DNA from: Selaginella moellendorffii
Lineage: Eukaryota > Plantae > Lycopodiophyta
DNA: 64,000 bases
Assembly (NCBI RefSeq): GCF_000143415.4
Contig: NW_003314289.1
Coordinates: 846,035-910,034 of the forward strand
Direction: 5' to 3'
Shown: positions 51,180-64,000 of the stretch, in pieces
Layout of the letters: each line of letters starts with the position of its first letter
Numbering within the stretch: position 1 is the stretch's first letter
Translations under genes and position numbers: made by a program
The notes under the pieces: model-generated
Seen by the model: only the letters and a program-made list of their open reading frames with translations
The model's database searches: none
Told to the model about the DNA's origin: nothing

Positions 51180-52480
51180 TGTAAGCGATTAAATTTTCCA
51201 TTCTACTTTAGTCACTTAACCACACCTCCGACCATTTGGAGGAGTCTCATTCACAACCTCCTTAAGTCCAATTCAGGACTTGGGACTTGCTAGCCCCAAG
51301 AATGGCATCCATGCCACTCAACCCTTGCACCTAGTCCAAGTTCTCCACGTGTCCAATCCCATGACCGACACTCAAAGGTTCCACCGATATAACAGCCTGT
51401 TACGCTAAGGCCATGTCCAATCACCTTTGCCGCCCTAGTAGTCCAATACCACTTGCAACACAGTCTTGGCTCTCCAAGACTGGGCCAACCATCCGTGAGT
51501 GGTCATCCCAGATCCACTCCTTAGCATCCTTAGGATGCCCACCAACAAGGGGAACAGCCTTCCCCAATATCCCTCTGTCCTTCCCCACTAAGTCCTTTTT
51601 TGCCCCTGGCCATGTTTGCTAACACTGCCACTGGATCAAGGGCCACAGGCCCGACCACTAAGTCCCATGGTCCTCTGGGACTTCCTCACCACACGACTGT
51701 GTCCTTGGTCACTACCCCAGAGGACTACTCCTCTTCCTTTCCACAGTCTGGGCCTTTGGGACAACATTTCGGAACACCATGGCCTTACGCGAGCCACCTG
51801 GGTACTGTCCCCGCCTTCCGCCCTTGGGTGCTCTAGCCATGGGCTTAGAGCGAGGTTCCGTTGAGCCACGTCTGGTATCCAAGTAGGTAGTGCCACCCAC
51901 ACTTGGACTGGGAGCATCGGCCAGTCGATCTCCCGAGGGAACTAGAGCCGGCTCTTGAACACTTCACCAAGCTACCCCGCTTGTCGGTCCATAGTCACTC
52001 TAGTCTTGGACTTCCCAGTGGTCAGCTCATCACCCAACACTGGGTCTGGCCTTCCTGGGCCAAACTGGCCTTTCCTGGCCAAACTGGCTCCACTGGGCTC
52101 CAACCCCCACACTCTCCCTACTATACTTTTGGAACCCCCCGCAGCCCCCCCTGGGGGACGATCGCTTTGGGCTTTCACCCAACTGCCTGTATTAGTATTT
52201 GGACTCGGACTCGGACTCGAACTCGGACTCGGACTTGGTCTCGGTCCCGGATTCGGACTCGGACTCGGTCTCAGTCTCGGTCTCAGTCTCGGTCTCGGTC
52301 CCGGTCTCGGTTCCATCTCGGACTCCAGATTGGGTCCATCTCGGACTCCATCTAGGGTCCATCTCAGACTCCATCTGGGGTCCATCTCGGACTCCATCTC
52401 GGGTCCATCTCGGACTCCATCTCAGACTCCATCTCGGGTCCATCTCGGGTCCATCTCGAACTCCATCTCGAACTTATGCA
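51180..52480 (+). mobile_element. Least-degraded copy of the LTR-like repeat with terminal hexamer/minisatellite arrays
   Basis: Starts TGTAAGCG and is collinear with 2966-4301. Carries (GGACTC/GGTCTC)n at 52200-52310 and CCATCTCGGACT/CCATCTCGGGT units at 52312-52472. Confidence 0.75.
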
Positions 52481-53127
52481 AGACCACTCTCTTGGATCCA
52501 TGTGCAAGTTTATATTGCTCAAGCATAAATTTATCCATGGTTATGAGATATCTTGAGTTTAAGAATCATGGTTGTCCAACCTTTATGTTGTGACTTTTTT
52601 TCCTTAATCTCGTCCAATAGCTCCAATAACTCACTTAAATTTGTCATCACATCATTTGGGCAATCTTGGGCCTAATGCCCAATCTCCCAATACAACTTGC
52701 ACTAGTTATAACAAAGGATGTACTTTGCATCACTTCATCCCACTCCATAGCCATAACATGAATAACTAATTGCATCACCCTAATTTCCTTGACTTCTACG
52801 ATCATCATTTGGGCAGCCTTGAGCCTAATACCCAATCTCCCAATATAGCTTGTACTAATTATAATGAATACACCTTGCACTGCTTCATTTACTACATCAC
52901 ATCTTTATTGTCTTGTTTTCCATTTCTTCCAACCAAAGCCCTCATTGACTCTCTTTTTGGCATACATAACCACTTCTCTTTTTGCAATAGAGCAAAATCT
53001 TTGCCCAGAAAATGGTGAATGCTTATTTTTTGTGCCTCTGCAATCACAATCACCCTGTTCAAATTTATAAATTCTAAACACCATGTTGTGAAACCTCAAA
53101 ATTAAGGTAGAAAAACCTATATATCTA

Positions 53128-53155
53128 GTGTGTGTATGTGTGTGTGTGTGTGTGT
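53128..53155. repeat. (TG)n microsatellite
   Basis: GTGTGTGTATGTGTGTGTGTGTGTGTGT. Confidence 0.9.
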
Positions 53156-54095
53156 TTGGCTTATTCTACTCTAACATAAGCAGTAACTAGGTTGAGCTCC
53201 AATATGGTTGCTCTTGTTGCATTAATATGCATTATAAGCTTAGTTCTAGGGCAGTTGTTAATGGATTTGTGTGTTCTGAGCTAGAGCAACACTATCTTAT
53301 GGATGTTCCTATGGACATTGAGAGCTCCACTTTGGAGTACCATCTATAAGACTTACCATGAGGAAAATCTTTGTTAATTAGTCCCTTAAGACATTTTTCT
53401 CTCACTACTATATTAATAGGAGATTGATACTTCTTGATTGGTTTCTTATTTACATAGCTAGGCACATAATTTATTTGTTATGGATTTAGCTAGTTGGGAA
53501 AGTGAAGTTAACTTGTTGTAGAGTTGAGCTAGATATGTTAAACATAATTTTCTCAAAGTCAATGTAGGAGCACAATAAGTACTGTTAAAAGCCTACTTAT
53601 AGAGTATTATTCATTGCCACTATCTCACTAGCTAAAACACCAAGGTAAGCCTACAATCATTGGCCAATGAAAGCAAACCACAACAACAAGTAACAATTGG
53701 AATATAAGTCATAGCCCTAGATTTCCAATTGATATTGTACATAAAAGAGGCCAAGAGATCAAGAAGTAATGTTTTCCCCTATCACAGTTTGATTGCCATT
53801 CAAATTCTATATGTACTTTACCACAGCTAGAGCTGGAAGTTTGGATTTAAACATAAGAAGAAGATAATCATTGTGATAAAAGTCTTTACTTCCATATTCT
53901 TTCATCAAAAGAACAGAATACATAATAAAAAGACTAGTAAAAGATAACATTTTGGTTTAAGGTAATATTGTCATCACTTTAACTTCCACTAATCTATATT
54001 CTCCACAATCCAACGGTCCAAAGTATTTTTGTACATAAAAAGAGCGCCCCCATTTGAATTGGGCGAGGATGGACGAGGGTTTGTGTGGGAGCGCC

Positions 54096-56817
54096 ATGGC
54101 CGCGGCGGCGGCATCCTTGTCCATGGTCTCTGTCGCCGAGGCCGTGTCTCTAGCGCTCTCCGTGGCCGCCAGGCGAGAGCCAGTGGAGATCGAGCTGCTC
54201 CAAGCGCTGGGACTCGTTCTCGCCGAGGATTTGCAAGCATCCGATCCGCTGCCGCCATATCCAGCTTCTGTCAAGGTATGAGGCTTCCGATCTGTGAGAA
54301 TTTCGCTTAGAATTTTCCTAGGATGGCTATGCTGTCGTGTCGTCGGATGGTCCGGGCGATTATCCAGTGGTGGCCGAAGCACGAGCTGGCCTCGACGCGA
54401 AGGACATCACCTTAGAATCCGGGACTGTTGCGTACATCACTACTGGAGGTACTGTATGTGCGTTCTCACATTTCACATTTTTTTATTATGTGAAGAACGT
54501 TTCCAGGACCAGTGCCTCGCGGTGCTGACGCTGTTGTCCAGGTGGAGAATACGTGCATTGTTTCTGGTCCTCGCGATGGAAAGAAGACAATCCGCGTCCT
54601 GTCCGGTGCTAGCCAAGGCCAAGATATACGCCCTGTGGTATGGACTTTCTACTTGTAAGATCCTTTCACTTTTTAGCTAGACTTTTTGTTCTTCTAGAAT
54701 CTAGACAATGAATGGTGGAGGTGAAATTTTTCATTTGTATATGCTTTTGATTTGGTTGGGAACTTTGCTTCGTTCCAGGGTTTTGATGTTGCTAAAGGAG
54801 ACAAAGTTCTATCAGCCGGTGACAAGCTAGGTCCTGCGGAAATAGGCTTGCTTGCAAGCGTTGGGACTACGAAGGTCAAGGTAGAATGCTGCAATTATTA
54901 TTTTATTTTTTTCTTTCGTTGTGTTTAACTGTCTTGAGTTTTCAGGTGTTTCCACGTCCCACGGTTGCTATACTGTCCACCGGAGACGAATTAGTGGATT
55001 ATTCCGAGAAACATTTGCAGAGAGGCCAGGTGATAACATGACGTCCAGTTCTGTTGTTTAAACCTGGCTTTTTATTTTGCGTAGATTCGGGATTCAAACA
55101 GACCTATGCTTATTTCAGCTGTTCGAAATCATCAATGTACCTGTATAGACCTTGGAATCGCTCGAGATACTGAAGCAGCGATAGAAGCAAAACTTGTTGA
55201 AACCATTGCTCGGGGTGTCGATGTTCTCATAACAACAGGTGGTGTTTCAATGGGGGACAGGGATTTCGTGAAGCCGAAACTTGCTGAAAGGGGAACGGTC
55301 TATTTCAACAAGGTTAGCTTTGTACAAGACTTTTGTTTTGTTTTGTGCTAACTGTTGGCTCAGGTCAATATGAAACCAGGAAAGCCACTGACGTTTGCAA
55401 CAATCGATATCACCTCAGCCCCAGGAAACATCAAGAAAATGCTTGTTTTTGGCTTGCCTGGAAACCCTGTCAGTGGCATGGTGACTTTCGATCTTATTGC
55501 ACTTCCAGTTTTGAGATACATGTCCGGACAGTCTGACGTTATGCCTTGCAAGTAAGCTTCTGCCAAGTTCCAGAATACATTCGAATGACACTTTGTTTTA
55601 TGTAGAGTTCAAGCTAAAATACGTGAGCCAATCAAGCTTGATGCAACGAGGCCAGAATATCATCGCGCTGTTTTACAATGGGAGGACAGTGAGATTCAGT
55701 CGGGGTACGTAACTCTGGGCTTCAGCATTTTTTCAGTTAATGATTGTCACACGCGGCCAGGTTCGTTGCAGAGAGCACAGGTCGACAGGCTAGCAGTCGC
55801 CTCTTAAGTATGAAGTCTGCAAACGCGTTACTCGAGCTTCCGAAAGGGCATGGAGTCCTAAGCGCTGGATCTCTTGTTTCTGCAATCATAATCAGGGATA
55901 TCACGAGCAAAACTCTGCCGCCTTCTTCGACAAAACCAGTGGAAACCTCAGACGCGAGCAAGCCAGGCGTGAAAGTTGCTATTTTAACCGTGAGCGACAC
56001 CGTGTCCTCGGGAAACGGTCCTGATCGAAGGTAAAAGCTGGACAAACTTTTTTGTTTGTTTTTCACCATTGTTTTGTTTCTATCCAGTGGACCAAGGGCC
56101 GTCCAGGTGATCGATTCACTCTCGAAAAGCCTGGGAGGAGCGAAAGTGGTAGCCACAGCCATCGTACCAGATAGCATACCAAGAATACAGCAAGTGCTCG
56201 AAGATTGGAGTGACAATCAACGCATCGATCTCATACTAACCACCGGTGAGTGATCAAACGTTATATACTCTCGCCGGAGTTCTAAACGAGACGAGTACTA
56301 TCAGGAGGAACTGGCTGTACACCAAAGGACGTAACTCCGGAGGCCACAAGGGCGGTACTGCAAAAGGAGGCGCCTGGTCTAGCCACCGTAATGCTGCTCG
56401 AAAGCCTCAAGGTAGATTCTATTCTATTCTGTTGTGACCACTTAGATCCATTACTTTTCTTTTTAGGTGACTCCAACAGCAATGCTCTCGAGGGGCGTGG
56501 CTGGGATCCGTGGCTCCACTCTGGTATGTTTTCATACTCCCATCCATCATCTGGACTAAAGAAGCTCGCTATTTTTTATTCTATGATTGTCACAGATAAT
56601 AAACATGCCTGGAAATCCCAACGCAGTGGCGGAATGCATGCAAGCATTGCTGCCGGCGCTGCCGCATGCGTTGAGGCAGGTTCGCGGTGACAAGAGAGAG
56701 AAGCACCCCCGCCATTCTCCTCATCACCACGACACAGCTTTAGATCCTAAAGATGTCTGGACAAGGAGCTTCGTTGCTGCACAAGGCGGAGAAATGGGAT
56801 GCTCGTGTTCCCATTGA
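54096..56817 (+). CDS. CNX1: Molybdopterin biosynthesis protein CNX1 (gephyrin-like E + G domains)
   Basis: [99 protein letters not shown], ending GCSCSH*. Confidence 0.96.
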
Positions 56818-56898
56818 GTTTCTACGGCAAGAATCAATAGCATCTTTGCAAAGTTTGCTTGCTTTGGTTTGATCAAAATAAAACCATACCACGCTGGT

Positions 56899-59259
56899 TT
56901 ATGCTTGCGCTCTGCCAAATGGAGTGACCATCTATAGATATACAAATAATGGATTAAAACCTTGGCAAGATAAAAGAGGCAGAATGGAAAGCAAATAAAA
57001 GATGGAAGAAAAAGAAAAAAGAGGCAAGATCGTAGAATGGAAAGCCAAAATAATAGAAATGGAAAGAATGGAAAGAAGAGAAACTAGGCAACTTACCATG
57101 AGTGTGTTCATTGGACCTTTGAGAGCATTCTCATTCACAGTGATACCATCCAAGTATTGCTGCAGTGCAGTTTGGAGCCTCATGTTCTCAGCCAAGACCC
57201 GCTTCTTTTCCAAGTCTAGTGTCATTTTATCCAGGAGAACCTTTGACAAGAAGCAAACAAAAACTGAGAGCTTGCATCACAGTGGAGAGATTTACCTTGT
57301 TGTATCGCTTTTGAAACCGAGAGAGGTAGTTCCACTCCTCGACTTCGACCCCGGAGCTATCAGTTGCATACGCGGCCACCCGGTAAGTTTCGGCTGCTTT
57401 CTTCTGTGTATCGTGGAACTTCAAAACCCGTGGCTTGTCTGCAATAGTGACGCTTTTCTTCTTTGTTGCCTCGACGCTGCTGCTATCAGGTAGAACGGCG
57501 GCCGTTTCTGTATGCCAACGGGTGTGAGTACGAGTTCCAATCCAATCTGACAAAGCTCACCATCCACTTCTGGCGGTCCCAGCAACGGATCGAATGGAAA
57601 GATTTTCTCCTGCTCGGTTTCCAGCTGTTGGAAAAGATGTTAAAAGCGTGAAGATCCTTTGGGAGCAGTACCTTCTTACCTTGCTGTTCACGTCTCCAAA
57701 TCTCATGATCCGCTGCGAAAGTTTGAGCAGCGACGTCAGCTCTATGCTTATGTCTTCACTGGTTTTTGATATGTCCTGCAGCAGCGCAATCGGTGATTAG
57801 TCTCCATCTTTCAGGCAAAAACTCCATACTTTTAACCTCTCGTGTTCGCAATTCCTGAATCTCAACAGCTTCTTCTTGAGGCCCTGATAGTGCCCGTTTA
57901 CGTAATCCTTCTGATCTCGAAGAGCCTTGTTGATTCCATCCCACTCTCGGCTGTGAAGTCGCATCAGTACGAAGCTAGTTCGCGATGACTCAACCACCTG
58001 TTGGTTCCAATCTTCGCTCGCCAGTAGGATATGTTGTCATGTATATACATGAGCTTTCTCATTCTTTGTTCAATCAATCTTGCCGTCACCTTGTCCTTGT
58101 CAATCATCTTCTTAAACGCCTGTGTCTTGGTCTCTGTACTCGACAAGTAGTCCTGAAAACAGCTATAATCAATCAGTTGGAATATTAGAATATCGAAAGC
58201 TCACCTGGTGCGTGTGCTCCAAACGTCTCTCTAAATCCTCAATGGCGTTCTCCAGTGAGATTTTGAGAACGTTGTATTCTTCCATATTTTTGTTCTGTAA
58301 AAACAAAAATGGACAATGAACACAGCTGAATGGCAACGACATGGAATACCCGCATTTCTTCCCGACTAGCCTCGTACTCGTGACGTAGTTCCCCTTCGTG
58401 CTCTTTAACTTGCGCTTCCATTGTGTCCATCATGTCATTTAACATCTGTATAGCAGATCAAAGTTGAAGGCTAAGAAACAGAAACTTCTGACAGTCTTAC
58501 TTGCTTTTGTTTGTCATGAACCCGCATCATCTCCGCTTTCTCGTTATTAAAATCTGAAGCAAGGATTTTCAGGCGTTCTTCAAAGTCGTCACCCATATCC
58601 TGCGGGTAAATAAACACTTAGTTAAAAAGAGAAAACTGCCAGGAAGTACTTTTGTTCGAACGTAATGTAGATCTATCAAGCCATCGAGAACTTGCAAATG
58701 CTTGCTAAAAGATGAACGATGCTGTGCTTCGGACTCTTCCAGTTCTTGAAATAGGGATGCAAGGACATTGTTCTTCCTTTCAACCTGTTGACGGTTTCGT
58801 TAGGAAAAATGCCGGAAAGAAAACCATCAACACACCTGATAGTCATGTTCTCGAGCTAGCTGAGTGACTTCCTCCCGGAGCTCTTTTGTCCTCGAAACAC
58901 GAAGGATCTTCCTCCACTGAGCGTGGATTTCGACCAAGTTTTCCTTCGTGTACCGCTCTTCTCTTTCCTGACATACATTTCAGCATCAACAGACTCGTAA
59001 ATCAATAAGCGGTACCTGGAGCTGCTTCAAACGTAATAGTTGCTCAGCTTCCTTCTTCTTCCGCGTTTCTTCAGCCTGCACAACAAATCAACAGCTGCGA
59101 AGAAAAAGCATGTCGTTTTACCTTGAGAGCCAGCTTCTGTGCTTTTAATTTCTTCTCTTCGGGAGTCAGCTTCTTCTTTCCCTTCCCTCCCTGTTGTCCA
59201 GAACCAATAATCTTTAGGACTTGAGAGCTCACAAGCTAGATTACCTTCTTTTTCGCCAT
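56899..59259 (-). CDS. DRC2: Dynein regulatory complex subunit 2 (CCDC65), flagellar
   Basis: MAKKK|GGKGKKKLTPEEKK, IHAQWRKILRVSRTKELREE, ESEAQHRSSFSKHLQVLDGLIDLH, LSRFQKRYNKVLLDK..ENMRLQTALQQYLDGITVNENALKGPMNTLM. The last exon is approximate. Confidence 0.85.
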
Positions 59260-59438
59260 GCGTGAGAACAGAAAGCCAGTGCTTTTACCGGAAATCTCTC
59301 GCCCAATTGGGCCAACCAGGGCGTGACACGTGGCAGTAACTCACAAACAAAGAGGTCACAAGTTCACGAGAGACTTTAAAAACATTCTCTTCTCGTGCGC
59401 TATATCAACAGATGAATGTCAGCCTGAAACTGAGAGCT

Positions 59439-60320
59439 CTACCTGGGTAGAATAACATTATCTTCGAGTGCTTCTTCTTGACAAGGATCGAGCGGAGAGT
59501 TTGTGACAGCAGCTGGTGTGTACGCCATCGTGGGAAGCGTAAGCTTTCTCGGGGGATTCTTGTCTTCGAGCAAAATCAGCTGGCCTGAGAAGGAAATCAT
59601 GCGTCAGCTTGAAACGATTCCTTTTTCTTACGTACCATCATGCCTTACGGAGATCTCTCGTATTTGCTTGACAGCACCAGTGACATAGTCGTTGAAAATC
59701 CTCACCTCCATATTCCCTTCGAGGTAGACTCTACGTCTGTGCACAACGTTAGCAGCACAGCATAGAAGCTCTTCTTTTCTTACCCTTTACTGATTTGCCT
59801 CGCGATCTCTCGAAGGCGTTCCGGGTAAACAGCCACTTTGTGCCACTGGATCTGCTCGGGGTAATTCGGTGGTCTGATAAGGCCCGAGGTTCCAATGGAG
59901 AACAAAGTGAGAGCTCTCCCATCGCCGAGAATTTTTTCGAACGGACCAAACCCGACTTGTCCTACGAGCACTGCCTGGATTCAAACAAAAATCAAGCATG
60001 GCCAAAGGAAAAACGAAAAGAATGGAAAGAACTTCATGACAAGAAACTTCCCAAAAGAACGATCACTGCGACGAACCTTGTAGAGTCCAAATGTGTTGTA
60101 CGTCGCGGATCTTGAGAAGTTCTTGTCCTTCGATGCCTCGTCCTCGTTGTAGAGATTATCTTCGCTGTCGGTCTCGAACTGCGTGGAGCAAAATCCCGCA
60201 GCAGATCGCCGATGGCCTACGACGATCGACACAAATGCAGCATTGCGATCGCGATGCAGTGGCAAGCAAACCTGGAAGCAGCGCCAAGCATCGCAGCGCG
60301 CGATTGACACGCCCGCTCAT
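59439..60320 (-). CDS. Organellar (mitochondrial-type) single-stranded DNA-binding protein
   Basis: Transit-like N-terminus, then GLYKAVLVGQVG..LFSIGT..QWHKVAVYPERL..KGRRVYLEGNMEVRIFNDYVTG..IREIS (SSB OB-fold). Confidence 0.88.
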
Positions 60321-60583
60321 TCCAAAACCCCCAAAACCCTAGAAATAAAATCTTGGAAGGAAGAACACCTCTTTTGTTCTATTACATTGTATACAATGAA
60401 CTTCATCGAAACTTCTTCCTTGCAAAATCACAAGGAGAGAGAACAAGAGAATAAAAAGGATCTCTGTACTGCTGCTTGAGAACAAACCTTCTTTGTTTCT
60501 TCTATCGTGGTCAATCAAAACTGCGGCTCCTCTCGATTTTTCCCTCTGTACAAACACGAATCCAGTCGATCGATTCGCGACTT

Positions 60584-61428
60584 TCAAGCCAGGAGCCAGA
60601 AGTTCTTCTGCCATTTGGAATTGATGAGATAGCCACCGACCTTTTTGCTTTTCCTCCTCACTGCTAGTGTCAAGCACTCGGCGTTTTGTATACAGTAGTC
60701 GATTAGACCATCGCCAGTGAGCCTGAGAAATCTGGAAAGCACAGGTGTTAGCCTGTGAAACGAAGAAACGAGAAGATACTGGGCTCTTACCTCCACAAAA
60801 ATCCGAATTTTCTTTGGCCAAGAACAAGCACCGAAGCCTCGAGCTTCTTGGCTTGGCCGACAATCATCGGCCCCTTGTCTCCCTCTACAACCAGAGTTTC
60901 CACTTCAATCTGCCAGGAAAAAGAAAACTCCACGCGTTTAGAGCGACACAACTGAGGAAAAGAACTCTTTTTTCACCTCTGGCCTCCGCTCCAAGCAAAG
61001 ATCCTTGAGCGTGTTTAGAACTTGATACCCCTTTGCTTCGCCTCGAAACTTGGTCTTCCCTGCAGCGGACAATGCAATACCAGAAGGTGTGAGACAAAGA
61101 AAATGAAAGAACTTCGAACTTCATCGAAATCCATACCTTGAGAGACATAGAGGAGAGTCACCACATCCAGCTTGTGGACAATGTGCGAGAGAGCCCAAAG
61201 AAGTGCCAGTCTCGCTTCGCTCGATTGATCCACCACTACAATCACCCTCTTCACCGAAGCACCAGATTTCTCGTGAGCCGACGGTGTCCAGTCCTGGCTG
61301 TTGACGCTTCCGCAACTGCTGGTGCTAGCTCGACCACAGTTCCCTGTTATCGGATTGCTCTCGCTGGACGACCTTCGATGGCCTCGCTTGAACGACGAGT
61401 AGAGTCTTGTGAGCGCTGCTCCCGCCAT
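60584..61428 (-). CDS. Universal stress protein A-like (adenine nucleotide alpha hydrolase superfamily)
   Basis: KRVIVVVDQSSEARLALLWALSH, VEGDKGPMIVGQAKKLEASVLVLGQRK, DYCIQNAECLTLAVRRKSKKVGGYLINSKWQKNFWLLA*. Confidence 0.9.
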
Positions 61429-62618
61429 GCTGGGCAATTCCTCCTCGCGCAGCCCTGGGAGAGAATGAAGATAATCTTCTCGTGAGTACTGAAGAACCAG
61501 AGCAGCAGCAGAGGTTTTCAGGGGCTCTGTGGCGCTAGGAGAAAAAAAGCAAAGTGACAGAAGTCCCTTTTAAGCAAGACGAGAGACCAGGAAAAAAAAA
61601 AGCGTATAAAACTAGCAGAAAGAAACGTGAGGAAGACAATCCACAACTCGGCCACTCACTTGATTTTCCCGACTAGAAAACTCACAGCGTGCGGCTAAGT
61701 CGCTCTTGGAGGACAATCACAAACCGGAAAATGAACAAAACCAGACGAGGGGACGCAAAGTTTCCTCACTGTAGCTACCACGAACAAAGGATTTCTCCCA
61801 AGTGTTCATGTAGCACACACGACGACGACGAACACGTCCTTTTCTTCACATGACGCAGCAAAATGAAGAACACAGTGGCCCACTCCAGAGAAGATAAGAG
61901 TTTTTTCTTCGCACGACCAAGACATCGCAAGAAGAAAAATCAAAAACCATCAAGAAGGCAGGAAGAAAAAAAAGAAAGAAAGAAAGAAGCGAAGGAATCA
62001 CACCAACCATAGCAATTGGGCCTCTGGCTAATGTTTTAAGTGAAAGCTTTAAGCACTGCTTCCACTGAGAAGTACAGCGCTGTTCCCTGTACAAAAGGAA
62101 TCAAAAGTCCGGCAGGGAAGAACAGGAAAAATTCTCGAGCAAGGCAGCAAACGGAGACGATGACTTTGCACCAGGGAGCGTCCTCCGTACAGAAGGATCG
62201 CCGATTTTTTTAAGGTGAAAAGAGGGATTCTTGCGTCGAATGCACGCCAGATCCGTCACATACCAGGTGAAACCAGGCAAAGCAGGCAAGGCAGGCATTG
62301 TTTAATCGCGATTCGCGACCTGTCACTAATCAGGGGCGCACAGGGATAAGAAAATCTCACCATCTGCTTAAATCGGTAGCTAGCGCGACGCGGACGTGTG
62401 AATTTCCCCACCGGCGCGACGCCCTGGACGTGCTCCACGCACGCCGCCGGCGCTGCCGCGGCCAGTCCGCCATCGCCATCGCCAATAATCGCTAAGAACC
62501 CTAAACATGCTTTCACGAGCCCTAGATTCTAGTATATGCTTTTACTTTGAATTTGAATTTTCCAGGAGGTCGGTAGACCATCACTCTTGAATCAATGCAA
62601 TCACTTCCAAGCTGATCA

Positions 62619-62715
62619 AATCGATCGATTTTAATGTTCTTGGGGTCTATGACTATGATCTGGCCAGCGCGCAATCGATCGATTTTAATGTTCTTGGGTC
62701 TATCACTATGATCTG
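62619..62715 (+). repeat. Tandem direct repeat, two ~44-bp copies
   Basis: AATCGATCGATTTTAATGTTCTTGGG(G)TCTAT(G/C)ACTATGATCTG at 62619 and 62673. Confidence 0.9.
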
Positions 62716-63092
62716 ACTCGTAGCTCGCCACACCAAAAGTGTGACAATCGCATGATCGAGCTCATGAATCGCGAATTTATATGAGAGTGGCCGTGCGATA
62801 CGGAGCCAGGAGTGGCAGCATTTGATCTAGGCAGGCATCTAAGCATCGCCCATCGCTTGTTCTAAATCTCTGTTGATAGCAAGGACGCGGTACATGCTGG
62901 GGGTCATGAAATTTTTAATTAGATCTACTGTGACAAGGTCGCGCTGCTTTAATTCGATGACCGTGACACTCCAGATCCAGGAAGAACTGGTCAAGTTGAT
63001 AACATTCCCACTTCCACTATGCATTGGAAGAACAGTGAATTGATAAGAAAAGAGAAGAGATTCCTTCTCATTTTTCCTGTTGATCACATCTA

Positions 63093-63992
63093 CTAGATGC
63101 TAGCCTTGATCGACTGGCTATACGAAGTTTGTCGGTCGAAGAACACGGACCAAAACATCACACCACCGTACTTTGGAGAGGATCTAATCCGTGGAAGAAC
63201 TTGGCTCCTCAAAACTTGGCTGGGCACAAACCCAGATCCCGCCGCCGCTGGCGCCGCCGGCAATCCCATGAAGATCTTCACATTGGGCGTCTTGGAATTC
63301 CACTCCTTCCAAGAATCCAGGAGCCTGGTGGTGCTACTGCCATCGTACTGGCAGGGAGGATTGTTGTAGAATTGTACGTAGACGTAGTCGAAGAGCCCCT
63401 GCTTGGCGATGGCGGATCCCAGGTTTGCATCTGGAAATGGGCACTGCGGAGCCGCCGAGATCAAAACCCTGCGGCTCGAGCCTCTAGAAACGTCCCGGAT
63501 CGCTTGGGCGAGCAGCGCGTACCTATCCGGGATCGCTCCATTCTCGATATCAAAGTCGATTCCATCCAAGACCGCGGATCCCAGAGGCCTGGAGCTGGAT
63601 CGACCACCCAAGAAATTGTTCCACAGGTATCTCGCCACGGATCTGGCGTCGCTGGCGGAGGAGATGGTGTAATTCCCCACCGCTCCGCCGAGCGAGAGGA
63701 GGATCTGGATGCCTTTGCTTTGGCAGGAGGCGATCTGGGAGCTCAGTGTCACGCAGCCATTCGAGGATGGGTCGCAGTGGCCGGCGAGATTGAGCTGGGG
63801 GATCTGGCCGCCACCGAAAACGTTGAGGAAGGAGAGCATGATGATCTTGTAGGTGCCATTGATGCAAGCGTTGGCGAGCGATCCTTCGTTGCCGTTTTGG
63901 CCCCAGTATATTGCGATCGATCCTGTTGCTGCTGATGCTTTTGGAGCCACTGGTGCTAGCACTGCGAGGATCACTAGGAACATAGGCAGCAT
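63093..63992 (-). CDS. Class III chitinase (GH18, hevamine-like, PR-8)
   Basis: Signal peptide, [21 protein letters not shown], catalytic [39 protein letters not shown]. Confidence 0.97.
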   Translation of the reverse strand: MLPMFLVILAVLAPVAPKASAATGSIAIYWGQNGNEGSLANACINGTYKIIMLSFLNVFGGGQIPQLNLAGHCDPSSNGCVTLSSQIASCQSKGIQILLSLGGAVGNYTISSASDARSVARYLWNNFLGGRSSSRPLGSAVLDGIDFDIENGAIPDRYALLAQAIRDVSRGSSRRVLISAAPQCPFPDANLGSAIAKQGLFDYVYVQFYNNPPCQYDGSSTTRLLDSWKEWNSKTPNVKIFMGLPAAPAAAGSGFVPSQVLRSQVLPRIRSSPKYGGVMFWSVFFDRQTSYSQSIKASI

Positions 63993-64000
63993 TTTGCTTT

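Noticed and set aside
51903-52593. ORFs with GL/RT/DS/ET dipeptide runs
   Set aside because: By-products of the hexamer array in a repeat, with no evidence of translation.
56690-56817. His/Cys-rich CNX1 tail as a novel metal-binding extension
   Set aside because: A similar KHPxH...GCSCxH tail is normal in plant CNX1.
62040-62480. Possible small spliced gene on the - strand (MAMADWPRQRRRRAWST...GTALYFSVEAVLKAFT*)
   Set aside because: It looks gene-like (telo-box, GT/AG sites), but no consistent spliced frame or family could be established.
63129-63935. 268-aa antisense ORF over the chitinase
   Set aside because: Codon-bias shadow of a well-supported gene.

Overview
Eukaryotic, gene-dense plant nuclear DNA with very short (about 45-100 nt) introns. 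A flagellar DRC2 gene, a cyanovirin-N homologue and the compact layout together point to a seed-free land plant, most likely the lycophyte Selaginella (inference). Two CpG-poor transposon blocks (about 1-5.3 kb and 43.4-53.9 kb) alternate with CpG-rich gene blocks. The gene blocks contain an F-box/LRR gene, STR12, RNR2, two LHT-like transporters, ABCB, VPS39, F-box genes, an RlmH-like methyltransferase, an AFG1-like ATPase, RH18, an RWP-RK transcription factor missed by the ORF track, CNX1, DRC2, an organellar SSB, a USP-like gene and a class III chitinase. Highlights: (1) a Crinkler/RHS-type coiled-coil + P-loop NTPase + PD-(D/E)xK nuclease gene whose 21-nt-repeat first exon can be read in two frames; (2) a complete 5S-rRNA-carrying Cassandra-type TRIM plus a nested solo LTR; (3) a secreted CVNH lectin in AT-rich DNA; (4) a ~400-nt foldback between tandem transporter genes; (5) an RWP-RK gene that may carry an unusual N-terminal domain. 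All calls were made by eye without database searches, and gene ends and splice sites are approximate.
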